Part shown: positions 9,942-18,477 of the stretch, one piece after another | Layout: each line of letters opens with the position of its first letter | Numbering within the stretch: position 1 is the stretch's first letter | DNA from: a virus | Lineage: Duplodnaviria; Caudoviricetes | Length of the DNA: 33,704 nucleotides | IMG/VR virus record: IMGVR_UViG_3300006115_000038 | Coordinates: 1-33,704 of that record | Reading direction: 5' to 3' (one strand) | Notes under the pieces: generated by a model | Seen by the model: the letters and a program-made list of their open reading frames with translations, nothing else | Database searches by the model: none | What the model was told of the DNA's origin: nothing | Program-made: the position numbers and the translations under genes

Positions 9942-12158
9942 TTAATCACCGAAAGTAGATCCTATATCTCCAACAGCTGAAGTGATATCTTCAACTGCTC
10001 CGCCTATTTCCGAACCGATATTGCCTGCAACGCCACTTAGTATGCCCCCTAGATTAGGCACAGATAATCCAGAACCAAATACATTACCACCTTTACCAAA
10101 TATATTCAATGCTGTGCTTAATAGATCCGTAGCACCTGCAGATAAGAAGCCACCGCCTTGACCCGATGCTATTCCAAATCCAGATCCTTGTCCACTGGTA
10201 GTAAGCTGTGCCCTTAACCTCATCGATTTGACGAAAGTAATAGTAAATTTTCCTTTTGAAAACGTTGCTATATAATTGTCTATTTCATATAGTCCACTAA
10301 TTGTATCTAGGGTGGTGGCGAATCTATATTTTCCTGTTGCCGGATCAAGATCAATAGGAGTCCTAAAATTAGTTAAAACAAATATTTTTCCGCTAAAGGC
10401 ATTAATTGTTCCGTCGCTATTTTCGTGATATGATGCAGGAGATATTTGTTTATTTCCGGAAGAGTCATTTGCTAACCAAAATGGATCACCTCTAATAGTC
10501 ATATCTAGAAGATATGCCTTAGGTCCTTCTCCATTAACTATTTGATCCATTATTCTATTGTTAACTACATTAGCAGTGCTCGATCCACTACCAGGACTAC
10601 CCGAAATTAATAGCTCTTTTGCTCCTGTAAGAGCTACCTGTGGAGATAATTCACCTGTTCCAAGACTAATAGCATTTGCTAATTTAGCTCCCTTTTGCAG
10701 AATATCAGCATCGCCTCGCAAGCTAGAGCTAGAAGTTCCTGTATTAGTTCCTAAATCTGCAGGTTTAAGATCTGTAGCAACATTATCATAAACAATGCTC
10801 CAATTTATAATTTCTGTATTCTTTCCGGTATATATGTAATCATATACTTTTGGTATATTATATTTAATTTGATCGTATCCCGGTGGTTGTGTTCCGGGCG
10901 GTACAAATTGATCTATGGTCACTTTATAAGGCATAATTTCATAAATCCACTTCATATTATTCCTATTTAACTGTGGATTAAATTCGCCTATTTCGTTCCT
11001 AGTTTTAATTATAAACCAATTTATCATGCCCATTGAATCTGTTATAAAGTTGCCACCAGAAATTTGATCAGTAATATAATAACTTGATAAAATAACTTCT
11101 TTTATAGCAGATAATATAGGAGTTGCTTTAGGAATAGTCATAACTCTATCTTCTTTTACATTATAATTTTCTTTATAAACTTTATTTGCTTTATCATAAA
11201 CTTTATTAAGATCAGGTTGCGGCTGACTGCCAGCAGCATTATTATCTCTAAATAATTTAGATTTTGATATTTGTTCAGATACACCTGGTAAACTAGGATT
11301 ATCTATAATTTTAATTTCTATATTATCAGTTGTTGCTAATGTTCCATCAGTTTTTAGTTGCTGATATGCCCTATTTAGAGCATACTTTAAACTTCCTTTT
11401 AAATTTTTAGCTAAGAAATCTTCAACTGTTATTCCTTGTAATTGATGATCAAACTTAGTTTGAGAATGTGTATCTTGACTATTAAGATTACTATAAAAAT
11501 CGGCACTGACTTGATAAGTTGATCCTGATGAGCTTATATTCATCACGATATTATTAATTTTTAATGTCATATACCTAGTTAATGATTGATCGATCACAGG
11601 AACATCGTCATCGCGGTATCCTGCAAATTCTATTGCAAGCAAAATAACTGCCTGCATTGGTTGTTCATATCCTGCAAGATATCCTCCCTTAGCAAGTGCT
11701 TCTGCAAACAATCCAACACTATATGGTTCTGTTACATTAAAATTAACCGCTCCTTGGTTAACTAATGTGCCAGTTTCTTTTTTAGGAGAAACATAAAGAT
11801 TTAAAACTAGATCATCTATATGATAATCAAATTGACCAAATTCTGTTGTTACTCTATCAGCATTTTCCCAATCGCCTTGATTTCGGACTAAGATAAATGG
11901 TAATTGCCCTGGAGAAGGATAGTCACCGTTATTATACATACCTTTAGGTAATATCGATAAAGTGAATAGATAATTATAGGTTTTGTATGCATTTAATGGA
12001 TTATCCTGTCCCTGTGGCTGATTATTTAAAATACCAGCTATCTCTGGACTATTCTTATAAACTGTATAATCCTTAGAATTATTTCCGGTAGAATCAATAG
12101 CTTGTGGATTTCCAGAACTACCATCACTTGTTAAGGGAGCACCAGTTATACTAACCAT
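9942..12158 (-). CDS. Baseplate hub-like tail protein (gp27 / late-control-D-like)
   Basis: 738 aa, located between the gp53-like and gp5-like genes. C-terminal LDMTIRGDPFWL...SGLYEI...FSKGKFT pattern is typical of contractile-tail hub proteins. Confidence 0.55.
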   Translation of the reverse strand: MVSITGAPLTSDGSSGNPQAIDSTGNNSKDYTVYKNSPEIAGILNNQPQGQDNPLNAYKTYNYLFTLSILPKGMYNNGDYPSPGQLPFILVRNQGDWENADRVTTEFGQFDYHIDDLVLNLYVSPKKETGTLVNQGAVNFNVTEPYSVGLFAEALAKGGYLAGYEQPMQAVILLAIEFAGYRDDDVPVIDQSLTRYMTLKINNIVMNISSSGSTYQVSADFYSNLNSQDTHSQTKFDHQLQGITVEDFLAKNLKGSLKYALNRAYQQLKTDGTLATTDNIEIKIIDNPSLPGVSEQISKSKLFRDNNAAGSQPQPDLNKVYDKANKVYKENYNVKEDRVMTIPKATPILSAIKEVILSSYYITDQISGGNFITDSMGMINWFIIKTRNEIGEFNPQLNRNNMKWIYEIMPYKVTIDQFVPPGTQPPGYDQIKYNIPKVYDYIYTGKNTEIINWSIVYDNVATDLKPADLGTNTGTSSSSLRGDADILQKGAKLANAISLGTGELSPQVALTGAKELLISGSPGSGSSTANVVNNRIMDQIVNGEGPKAYLLDMTIRGDPFWLANDSSGNKQISPASYHENSDGTINAFSGKIFVLTNFRTPIDLDPATGKYRFATTLDTISGLYEIDNYIATFSKGKFTITFVKSMRLRAQLTTSGQGSGFGIASGQGGGFLSAGATDLLSTALNIFGKGGNVFGSGLSVPNLGGILSGVAGNIGSEIGGAVEDITSAVGDIGSTFGD

Positions 12159-12161
12159 AGG

Positions 12162-12473
12162 TTAACTTACTCCTAATGCCGATAATAATGCAGACTTCTT
12201 AGGTAACTTGATAGTAGTTCCTGCCCTAAAATCAAATATAGGATCAAATATAACATCCTTGTTTCTCTGCATAAAAACCCACCATAGTTTTGGATTTCCA
12301 TAGATATCAAATGCTAATAGATCTGGTCTATAGTTGTATTGAGGTAATATAGTATATTCAAAATCATCATCTCTTGCAGGTATGGTCCTAGGAGCCCATA
12401 AATCTAGAGAATTATTTAATATAGGAGTCTTATACCAAGGACTAGAAGGTGAATATTTTGCTGTCATAACCAA
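12162..12473 (-). CDS. gp53: Baseplate wedge subunit, gp53-like (LysM-like)
   Basis: YNYRPDLLAFDIYGNPKLWWVF...N...IKLP motif. The true start may be ATG 12467, which overlaps the upstream stop (ATGA). Confidence 0.8.
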   Translation of the reverse strand: MVMTAKYSPSSPWYKTPILNNSLDLWAPRTIPARDDDFEYTILPQYNYRPDLLAFDIYGNPKLWWVFMQRNKDVIFDPIFDFRAGTTIKLPKKSALLSALGVS

Positions 12474-13369
12474 CCGTTCCCGTCATATCCAGTTATTAGA
12501 TCGCCATTAGCAAAGCTAGATAGATTAAATGTTTTAATCTTGTCTCTACTGTAAACAGGAGACACTACAACTGTTATTTCTGCCCTAGAAGGCACATAAC
12601 TTATGCCCATAGGTCCTCTTACTGAAATATAATCAACATCTTTTTGGAAATAGATATTAAACTGCTTTATTACACAACTTACATTATTAAAAACAAAATC
12701 TCCGTACCCGTTAAGCGTGCAGATAGGTGGTGGGTTTCCTAGATCTGCTCCTGTTCCTGAATACATTTTCGTAGCAGTGCGAAGGAAATGCATCACTGCT
12801 AGCCAGTAGACACCTTCTTTTTGATCTTGGACTGTAAAACTTCCAGTGATAGTTATATCTTCAACTTGTGAATTCCTGTAGGCATAAAAGGGATAATTAC
12901 TGTGTAATACAGGAATCTGATCATAATGTGCGCTGCTGCTAAAGGATATAGTTGGTAAATATGGAAATATCATTCCATTTGTTTCTGCTAGAGGTGCTAG
13001 AGCATCGCTATCTAAAATTATTGGACTAAAAATGCTAACACGCCAATCCATTTGGTTAGGCGGAGTAAAGAATCTAGTAGCAACACTACTAGAATTATAA
13101 TTGTATTCTGCACCTGGAGGTATTCCTTGGCTACGATACGAACTGAGAACAAAATTAGGATCTAAAGTATTGAATCCACCTAATATACTGCCTACAGCAC
13201 CCAATGCAGCACCAGTTAATGCACCAGCAGCTACATTTGCTAATCCATTTAGTCCATCAGTTACTAGATCACCTAATGAATCAGTCGCGTTACTAACGCT
13301 ATCACTTAGTCCATCAGTAACAGACGCTAGTGCATCACTAGTTCCACCTAAAAAATCATCTTCTTCCAT
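12464..13369 (-). CDS. Tail-tube initiator / baseplate-tube junction protein (gp48/gp54-like)
   Basis: FPYLPTISF...HSNYPFYAY...ITITGSF...PPPICTLNGYG..VF.NV.CVIKQF, a tube-like fold pattern. Lies upstream of the gp53-like gene; SD GGAGG is present. Confidence 0.55.
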   Translation of the reverse strand: MEEDDFLGGTSDALASVTDGLSDSVSNATDSLGDLVTDGLNGLANVAAGALTGAALGAVGSILGGFNTLDPNFVLSSYRSQGIPPGAEYNYNSSSVATRFFTPPNQMDWRVSIFSPIILDSDALAPLAETNGMIFPYLPTISFSSSAHYDQIPVLHSNYPFYAYRNSQVEDITITGSFTVQDQKEGVYWLAVMHFLRTATKMYSGTGADLGNPPPICTLNGYGDFVFNNVSCVIKQFNIYFQKDVDYISVRGPMGISYVPSRAEITVVVSPVYSRDKIKTFNLSSFANGDLITGYDGNGWL

Positions 13370-13385
13370 AGGAAATCCTCCTAGA

Positions 13386-13392
13386 TATTTAT
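13386..13392 (-). promoter_or_regulatory. Late promoter-like box ATAAATA for the leftward baseplate operon
   Basis: tatttat on +, 16 nt upstream of ATG 13369. Confidence 0.65.
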
Positions 13393-13420
13393 TGCAAAAA
13401 TTAACTGCGTATATTATAAT
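13392..13420 (+). promoter_or_regulatory. Sigma70-type promoter for gp55-like gene
   Basis: TTGCAA (13392-13397), 17-nt spacer, TATAAT (13415-13420). SD GGAG follows. Confidence 0.7.
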
Positions 13421-13441
13421 GTAGATTGGAGAATAATAATA

Positions 13442-14272
13442 ATGGCAAAAATAAACTATTTAAACAACAAGGACTTACTCGACGAGATACATAAAAGCAA
13501 AAATAGCTATTGCAGTTATACAGATCCGTCATATTGTGATTATGATGCTATATTACCTAGCCTAGATAAGATCAATATCAGGACTATAGCAGATGCTAAA
13601 CGTACTAGAGCCAAGAAACTTACTGCACAAGAGTTTGAACGAAGGAAGTTAGCCGGAGATAAGAAGAGTAAATTAGGAGATTGTGAGATAGATTATCGAA
13701 AGATAGAGAAATCAGATCTCGTATTCCGTATTATGACCTATGATCACATACCTTTAGCTCCAGGAAGAAAGAAAAAAACCAAAACAGTAGCAGATAGCCA
13801 CGATAAAGTAAACTTTCCACCGTTCCAACATTGGAAATATGATGAAAACAATAACCTAATGTGTGTTGGAAAGAGCCATTGGATCGGCGGCATGGAAAAT
13901 GGTTACTTTAAGAAAGATCAAGGACAGTTTACTAACAAGCTAGCAAAGATGTTTATGAAACTCTGTGAACGCTATGCTACGAGAGGAAATGTCCGCGGAT
14001 ATACCTATAATGACGAAATGCGTGGACAGGCTATCTTACAGTTAACACAGATAGGCTTGCAATTTGACGAATCAAAGAGCCAAAACCCTTTCGCATACTA
14101 TACAGCAGCAGTTACAAACAGCTTTACTAGGGTTATCAACATAGAGAAGCGCAATCAAAACATACGAGACGATATCTTAGAAATGAATAACTTCAATCCA
14201 AGCTATACTAGACAGGGAAACCACGAATGGCAGCTTGCTAAAGATAGAAATAGTGGTGGAACTTCCGATTGA
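13442..14272 (+). CDS. gp55: Late-transcription sigma factor, T4 gp55-like
   Basis: N-terminal YLNNKDLL; core RGNVRGYTYNDEM...FDESKSQNPFAYYT...F...INIEKR. Upstream of gp47/gp46 as in T4-like phages. Confidence 0.85.
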   Translation: MAKINYLNNKDLLDEIHKSKNSYCSYTDPSYCDYDAILPSLDKINIRTIADAKRTRAKKLTAQEFERRKLAGDKKSKLGDCEIDYRKIEKSDLVFRIMTYDHIPLAPGRKKKTKTVADSHDKVNFPPFQHWKYDENNNLMCVGKSHWIGGMENGYFKKDQGQFTNKLAKMFMKLCERYATRGNVRGYTYNDEMRGQAILQLTQIGLQFDESKSQNPFAYYTAAVTNSFTRVINIEKRNQNIRDDILEMNNFNPSYTRQGNHEWQLAKDRNSGGTSD

Positions 14273-14297
14273 CAAGAACATTTTTTAGTGTTAAGTT
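14269..14297 (+). promoter_or_regulatory. Sigma70-type promoter for gp47-gp46
   Basis: TTGACA (14269-14274), 17-nt spacer, TAAGTT preceded by an extended -10 TG. A TATAAT also occurs at 14297-14302. SD AAGGAG lies before ATG 14317. Confidence 0.6.
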
Positions 14298-14316
14298 ATA
14301 ATCACAAGGAGTTACT

Positions 14317-15330
14317 ATGGAGTTTTTTAAGAAAGCTGCCGTGTTTACTGATATCCATCTCGGATTAAAGTCAAATTCTAAAGCACATAACGACGATTGT
14401 GTAGAATTTGTTGATTGGTTTATTGCTACTGCTAAAGCTAACGGGTGTGAAACTGCGATATTTTGCGGAGATTGGAATCACAATCGAAACAGTATTAATA
14501 TCACTACGATGAACACAGGGTTAGAGTGTTTAGAAAAACTAGGAAAAGCATTCAATCAAACCGTGTTCTTTCCTGGAAATCACGATCTTTATTACAAAGA
14601 TCGCAGAGATATGAATTCTGTAGCGTTCGGAAAGCACGTTCCTGGGATCACTATGATCACAGATCCTATCATTATGGATGATGTTGCGTTTATCCCTTGG
14701 CTAGTAGGGGACGAATGGCGTAAAATCACTAAAATGAAAAGCCGCTATATGTTTGGACACTTCGAATTGCCGATGTTTATGATGAACGCCATGGTACAAA
14801 TGCCCGATCACGGCGATGTAAAAGCTGAAGATCTAGCAAATAACGAGTATGTTTTTACTGGACACTTCCATAAACGCCAAAACAAAGGCAATATCCATTA
14901 TATCGGTAATGCTTTCCCCCATAACTTTGCGGATGCTTGGGATAGCGAACGAGGAATGATGATACTCGAATGGGGATCAGAACCGCAATACATAGATTGG
15001 CCAAATGCTCCTCTGTATAGGACTACAAAGCTGAGTAAGCTGATAGACGACATGGATAAGCTTTGTAAACCAAAGATGCATCTAAGAGTTAGCTTAGATA
15101 TCGATATTAGCTTTGAAGAAGCTAACTTTATCAAAGAAACTGTTATGAGCAAGTATGCTATAAGAGAGCTAACACTGATTCCAGAGAAGAAAGATCTAGA
15201 TGGAAACGTTAGTCACTTGGAAATTACCAATTTTGAAAGCGTAGATCAGATCGTTACCAATCAAATCGTCAGTATCGAAAGCGATAATTATGAACCCGCA
15301 CTGCTTTTGGAGATTTATAACAGCCTATGA
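14317..15330 (+). CDS. gp47: Recombination endonuclease subunit (Mre11/SbcD-like metallophosphoesterase)
   Basis: Motifs FTDIHLG, CGDWNH, PGNHD, GHFE and TGHFH. Confidence 0.93.
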   Translation: MEFFKKAAVFTDIHLGLKSNSKAHNDDCVEFVDWFIATAKANGCETAIFCGDWNHNRNSINITTMNTGLECLEKLGKAFNQTVFFPGNHDLYYKDRRDMNSVAFGKHVPGITMITDPIIMDDVAFIPWLVGDEWRKITKMKSRYMFGHFELPMFMMNAMVQMPDHGDVKAEDLANNEYVFTGHFHKRQNKGNIHYIGNAFPHNFADAWDSERGMMILEWGSEPQYIDWPNAPLYRTTKLSKLIDDMDKLCKPKMHLRVSLDIDISFEEANFIKETVMSKYAIRELTLIPEKKDLDGNVSHLEITNFESVDQIVTNQIVSIESDNYEPALLLEIYNSL

Positions 15331-17102
15331 TTAAGATAAAGAGCTTAACAGTTAAGAATTTTATGAGTGTGGGCAATCAAACCCAAGCTGTAGACTTTGA
15401 AAAAGAACAGCTTACCCTAGTGTTAGGTGAAAATCTAGACATGGGTGGCGATGATAGTGGCTCACGTAACGGTACAGGCAAAACTACTATTATTAATGCG
15501 CTCAGCTACAGTTTATTTGGTCAAGCACTCACTAATATCAAAAAAGATAACCTAATCAATAACATTAACCAAAAAAATATGTTAGTAACCGTCATCTTTG
15601 AGAGAGACGGTGTCGAATATCGTATCGAACGTGGTAGAAAACCCAATGTATTGAAGTTCTATGTCAATAATCAAGAACAGGAAACTGATCTAGACGAAAG
15701 CCAAGGCGACAGTCGTAAGACACAAGAGTCTATCAATACGATTATCGGTATGAGCCATATGATGTTCAAGCATATCCTGGCACTAAACACTTATACTGAA
15801 CCGTTCCTAAGTATGAAGGCCAATGACCAGCGAGAAGTTATTGAACAGCTTTTAGGAATAACAACGCTCAGTGAAAAAGCAGATCTTTTAAAAGAACAGG
15901 TTAGGTTAGTCAAAGAACAGATAACACAGGAGAATGCAAACATTGAAGCGACTAAGGCTAGCAACGAACGTATCAATACAACGATCGAATCTCTTAATTT
16001 CAAAAAGAAAGCGTGGTACAACAAGCACGAAGAAGAAATTAAAAGTATCGAAACCGCTATTCGCCATCTCCAAGACCTGGATATTGGATCCGAAATTGAG
16101 GCTCATGCTGCTCTCAAAACGTGGAGCACAAAGAATGATAATATTAGAGCTATTCATAGGGAGAAGGCTTCCGTTGAAAGCAGCATCTCACAAGCGGATA
16201 AGACACTAACTCGCTTCAAAAAACAGTTAGCTGACACAGAATCTCACTCATGCCACGCCTGTGGACAGGCTCTGCACGAAGAGAAACAGAAAGAGATGCT
16301 AGCAAAAGCCAGCAAAGATGTAGAAGATAGTGCCAACTATCTCAACGGATTAGAAAATAAGCTAACAGAACTAGTGTCTGCACTGGAAGAAATTGGTGAA
16401 CTATCCCATAAGCCATCTACTTTTTATGATAAGATAGAAGATGCATACGAGCATAAGAGCAATTTAGATAATCTCGTACATCAGTATTCTACTAAAAAAC
16501 TAGAAACTGATCCCTATCAGGAACAGATCGAAGAGCTAGAGAACACTGCGATACAAGAAATTGATTGGACTTCTATCAATAAGCTAACGAGATTCCGCGA
16601 ACATCAAGAGTTCCTTTTGAAACTCTTGACCAACAAGGACAGTTTCATACGCAAGAAGATCATAGATCAGAATCTTAGCTATCTCAACCAGAGATTAACC
16701 TATTACTTAGACAAAACAGGACTACCTCATCAGGTCGTTTTCCAAAACGATCTTCAAGTGGAGATTACGCAGCTTGGTCAAGATTTGGATTTTGATAATC
16801 TTTCTCGTGGTGAACGCAATAGGCTTATACTTTCATTGAGCTGGAGTTTTAGAGATATGTGGGAAAATCTCTATCAGCCTATCAACTTGCTGTTCATCGA
16901 TGAATTGATCGATAGCGGCATGGACAGTGCTGGTGTTGAAAATTCACTTGCTATTCTAAAGAAGATGGCTAGAGAAAGCAATAAAAACATCTATCTAATA
17001 TCTCATAAGGATGAATTGATAGGTAGAGTTAATAACGTGTTGAAAGTTATAAAAGAAAACGGCTATACTTCTTACGCCAATTCTGTAGATGTATACGACT
17101 GA
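15327..17102 (+). CDS. gp46: Recombination ATPase subunit (Rad50/SbcC-like)
   Basis: KNFMSVGN, Walker A NGTGKTT, coiled coils with zinc hook CHACGQ, signature LSRGE, Walker B LLFIDE, H-loop ISH. Confidence 0.95.
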   Translation: MIKIKSLTVKNFMSVGNQTQAVDFEKEQLTLVLGENLDMGGDDSGSRNGTGKTTIINALSYSLFGQALTNIKKDNLINNINQKNMLVTVIFERDGVEYRIERGRKPNVLKFYVNNQEQETDLDESQGDSRKTQESINTIIGMSHMMFKHILALNTYTEPFLSMKANDQREVIEQLLGITTLSEKADLLKEQVRLVKEQITQENANIEATKASNERINTTIESLNFKKKAWYNKHEEEIKSIETAIRHLQDLDIGSEIEAHAALKTWSTKNDNIRAIHREKASVESSISQADKTLTRFKKQLADTESHSCHACGQALHEEKQKEMLAKASKDVEDSANYLNGLENKLTELVSALEEIGELSHKPSTFYDKIEDAYEHKSNLDNLVHQYSTKKLETDPYQEQIEELENTAIQEIDWTSINKLTRFREHQEFLLKLLTNKDSFIRKKIIDQNLSYLNQRLTYYLDKTGLPHQVVFQNDLQVEITQLGQDLDFDNLSRGERNRLILSLSWSFRDMWENLYQPINLLFIDELIDSGMDSAGVENSLAILKKMARESNKNIYLISHKDELIGRVNNVLKVIKENGYTSYANSVDVYD

Positions 17103-17115
17103 AAATGGTTATATA

Positions 17116-17355
17116 ATGAGTAATAAGATTGTATTTGGTCCAGGTGACTTAAACGAACAGCTGATGCTGGAAATAATAAAATATTTCAAAGCTAACGAGC
17201 GCTGGGAAACTGGCGACGCTGATCGTCCTGGAATAGATGCACGTAATGCGCTAGGTGTCATAAGGATTCTCGCTCGCAAGAGGCGCATGGAGATCCAACA
17301 GCAGCGCAAAGAAAGAAAAAAACGACTAAGAAATGACAGGAGCAGTCAAAAATAA
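17116..17355 (+). CDS. Small basic helical protein, possibly DNA-binding
   Basis: The ORF track starts at 17089; ATG 17116 avoids the overlap with gp46. C-terminal ARNALGVIRILARKRRMEIQQQRKERKKR is very basic and loosely recalls small histone-like phage proteins. Confidence 0.55.
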   Translation: MSNKIVFGPGDLNEQLMLEIIKYFKANERWETGDADRPGIDARNALGVIRILARKRRMEIQQQRKERKKRLRNDRSSQK

Positions 17356-17779
17356 AGAGAACAGTTGGTATTACGAAGGTAATATAGTAGAAGTTCTCCC
17401 TGAAGACTGTGTTGGGTTCGTTTATCTAATCACAAATAATACCACAGGCAGGAAATATATAGGCAAGAAGCTTGCAAAGTTTGCAAAGACTACCTATAAG
17501 GTAGTAAAATTAAAAAACGGTACTAAGAAAAAAAAGAAAATTCGCAGCAAAGTAGATAGTGATTGGCAAGAGTATTACGGATCAAATGATGTTTTAAACG
17601 AAGATGTAGGCAAAATAGGTAAAGATAATTTTACAAGAGAAATTTTAAGATATTGTAAAAGCAAAACTGAATTGTCATATTATGAATCAAAATATCAATT
17701 TGATTGTGATGTGTTGTTAGATGAAAGTATATGGTATAACGGATGGATTTCTGTAAAAGTAAGAAGATTCAAACTGTAA
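17333..17779 (+). CDS. Single-domain GIY-YIG endonuclease (Seg/EndoII-like)
   Basis: GFVYLITNNTTGRKYIGKK...SDWQEYYGS...FTREIL...YYE...YNGWI. No obvious separate DNA-binding module. Confidence 0.85.
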   Translation: MTGAVKNKENSWYYEGNIVEVLPEDCVGFVYLITNNTTGRKYIGKKLAKFAKTTYKVVKLKNGTKKKKKIRSKVDSDWQEYYGSNDVLNEDVGKIGKDNFTREILRYCKSKTELSYYESKYQFDCDVLLDESIWYNGWISVKVRRFKL

Positions 17780-17785
17780 TAAATA
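17779..17785 (+). promoter_or_regulatory. Late promoter-like box ATAAATA upstream of the homing endonuclease
   Basis: ATAAATA overlaps the upstream stop codon and is followed by a structured leader. Confidence 0.6.
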
Positions 17786-17847
17786 TTAGTACGGATCGCG
17801 ATGCGCCAACATCCATCCGTTCTAACAGTTATGAAGGAACTATCAGC

Positions 17848-18444
17848 ATGCCTATTTACCTCTATGTGAAAACACACAACAAGACTGGGTTAAAATATCT
17901 CGGCAAGACTATCTCTAATGATCCGCATTTATATCAAGGTTCAGGAACTGTATGGAAACGTCATATTAAAAAACACGGTTATGATGTAACAACTGAAATT
18001 TTACTTGAAACAAATGATCAAAAAGAACTTAAAGAAGTTGGAATATATTATTCAACTTTATGGAATATTGTAGAATCTAAAGATTTTGCTAACATAGTTC
18101 CTGAAATGGGAGATGGTGGTGCTATGCTGTGGACCATTGAAAGTAGACAAAAAGTATCAAAAGCACTCAAAGGCAAAAAACATACCGAAGAAACTAAAAA
18201 GAAATATGCGCAGGCACAGAAAAAACAAGCACAACATTTAAGTAAAAAAACAAAAGAATATCTATCAATTCCAGAAAATTACGAAAAAAGATGTAAACAA
18301 TTATCATCAATTTGGGATAATCCAATGCATCGAGAAAATATGTCTAAAAAGATGTCTTCTCTAAAATGGTGCAATGATGGAATTAAAAATTACAGAAAAT
18401 CTGTTGTTCCAGAAGGAATGACGTTAGGTAAATTAAAAAAATAA
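17848..18444 (+). CDS. Free-standing GIY-YIG homing endonuclease with NUMOD3-like DNA-binding motif (198 aa)
   Basis: IYLYVKTHNKTGLKYLGKT...YQGSG..W.RHIKKHG...E; GDGG linker; LKGKKHTEETKKK; C-terminal KWCNDG...PEGMTLGK. ATG 17848 follows AAGGA; the ORF-track start at 17743 is probably too early. AT-rich. Confidence 0.85.
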   Translation: MPIYLYVKTHNKTGLKYLGKTISNDPHLYQGSGTVWKRHIKKHGYDVTTEILLETNDQKELKEVGIYYSTLWNIVESKDFANIVPEMGDGGAMLWTIESRQKVSKALKGKKHTEETKKKYAQAQKKQAQHLSKKTKEYLSIPENYEKRCKQLSSIWDNPMHRENMSKKMSSLKWCNDGIKNYRKSVVPEGMTLGKLKK

Positions 18445-18477
18445 ACTCGCACATATATTAGGCAAAAAATAGGCTAT

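Noticed and set aside
17743-17847. 35-aa N-terminal extension of the homing endonuclease in the ORF track
   Set aside because: It overlaps the upstream gene and spans the late box and leader hairpin. The GIY motif and SD fit ATG 17848.
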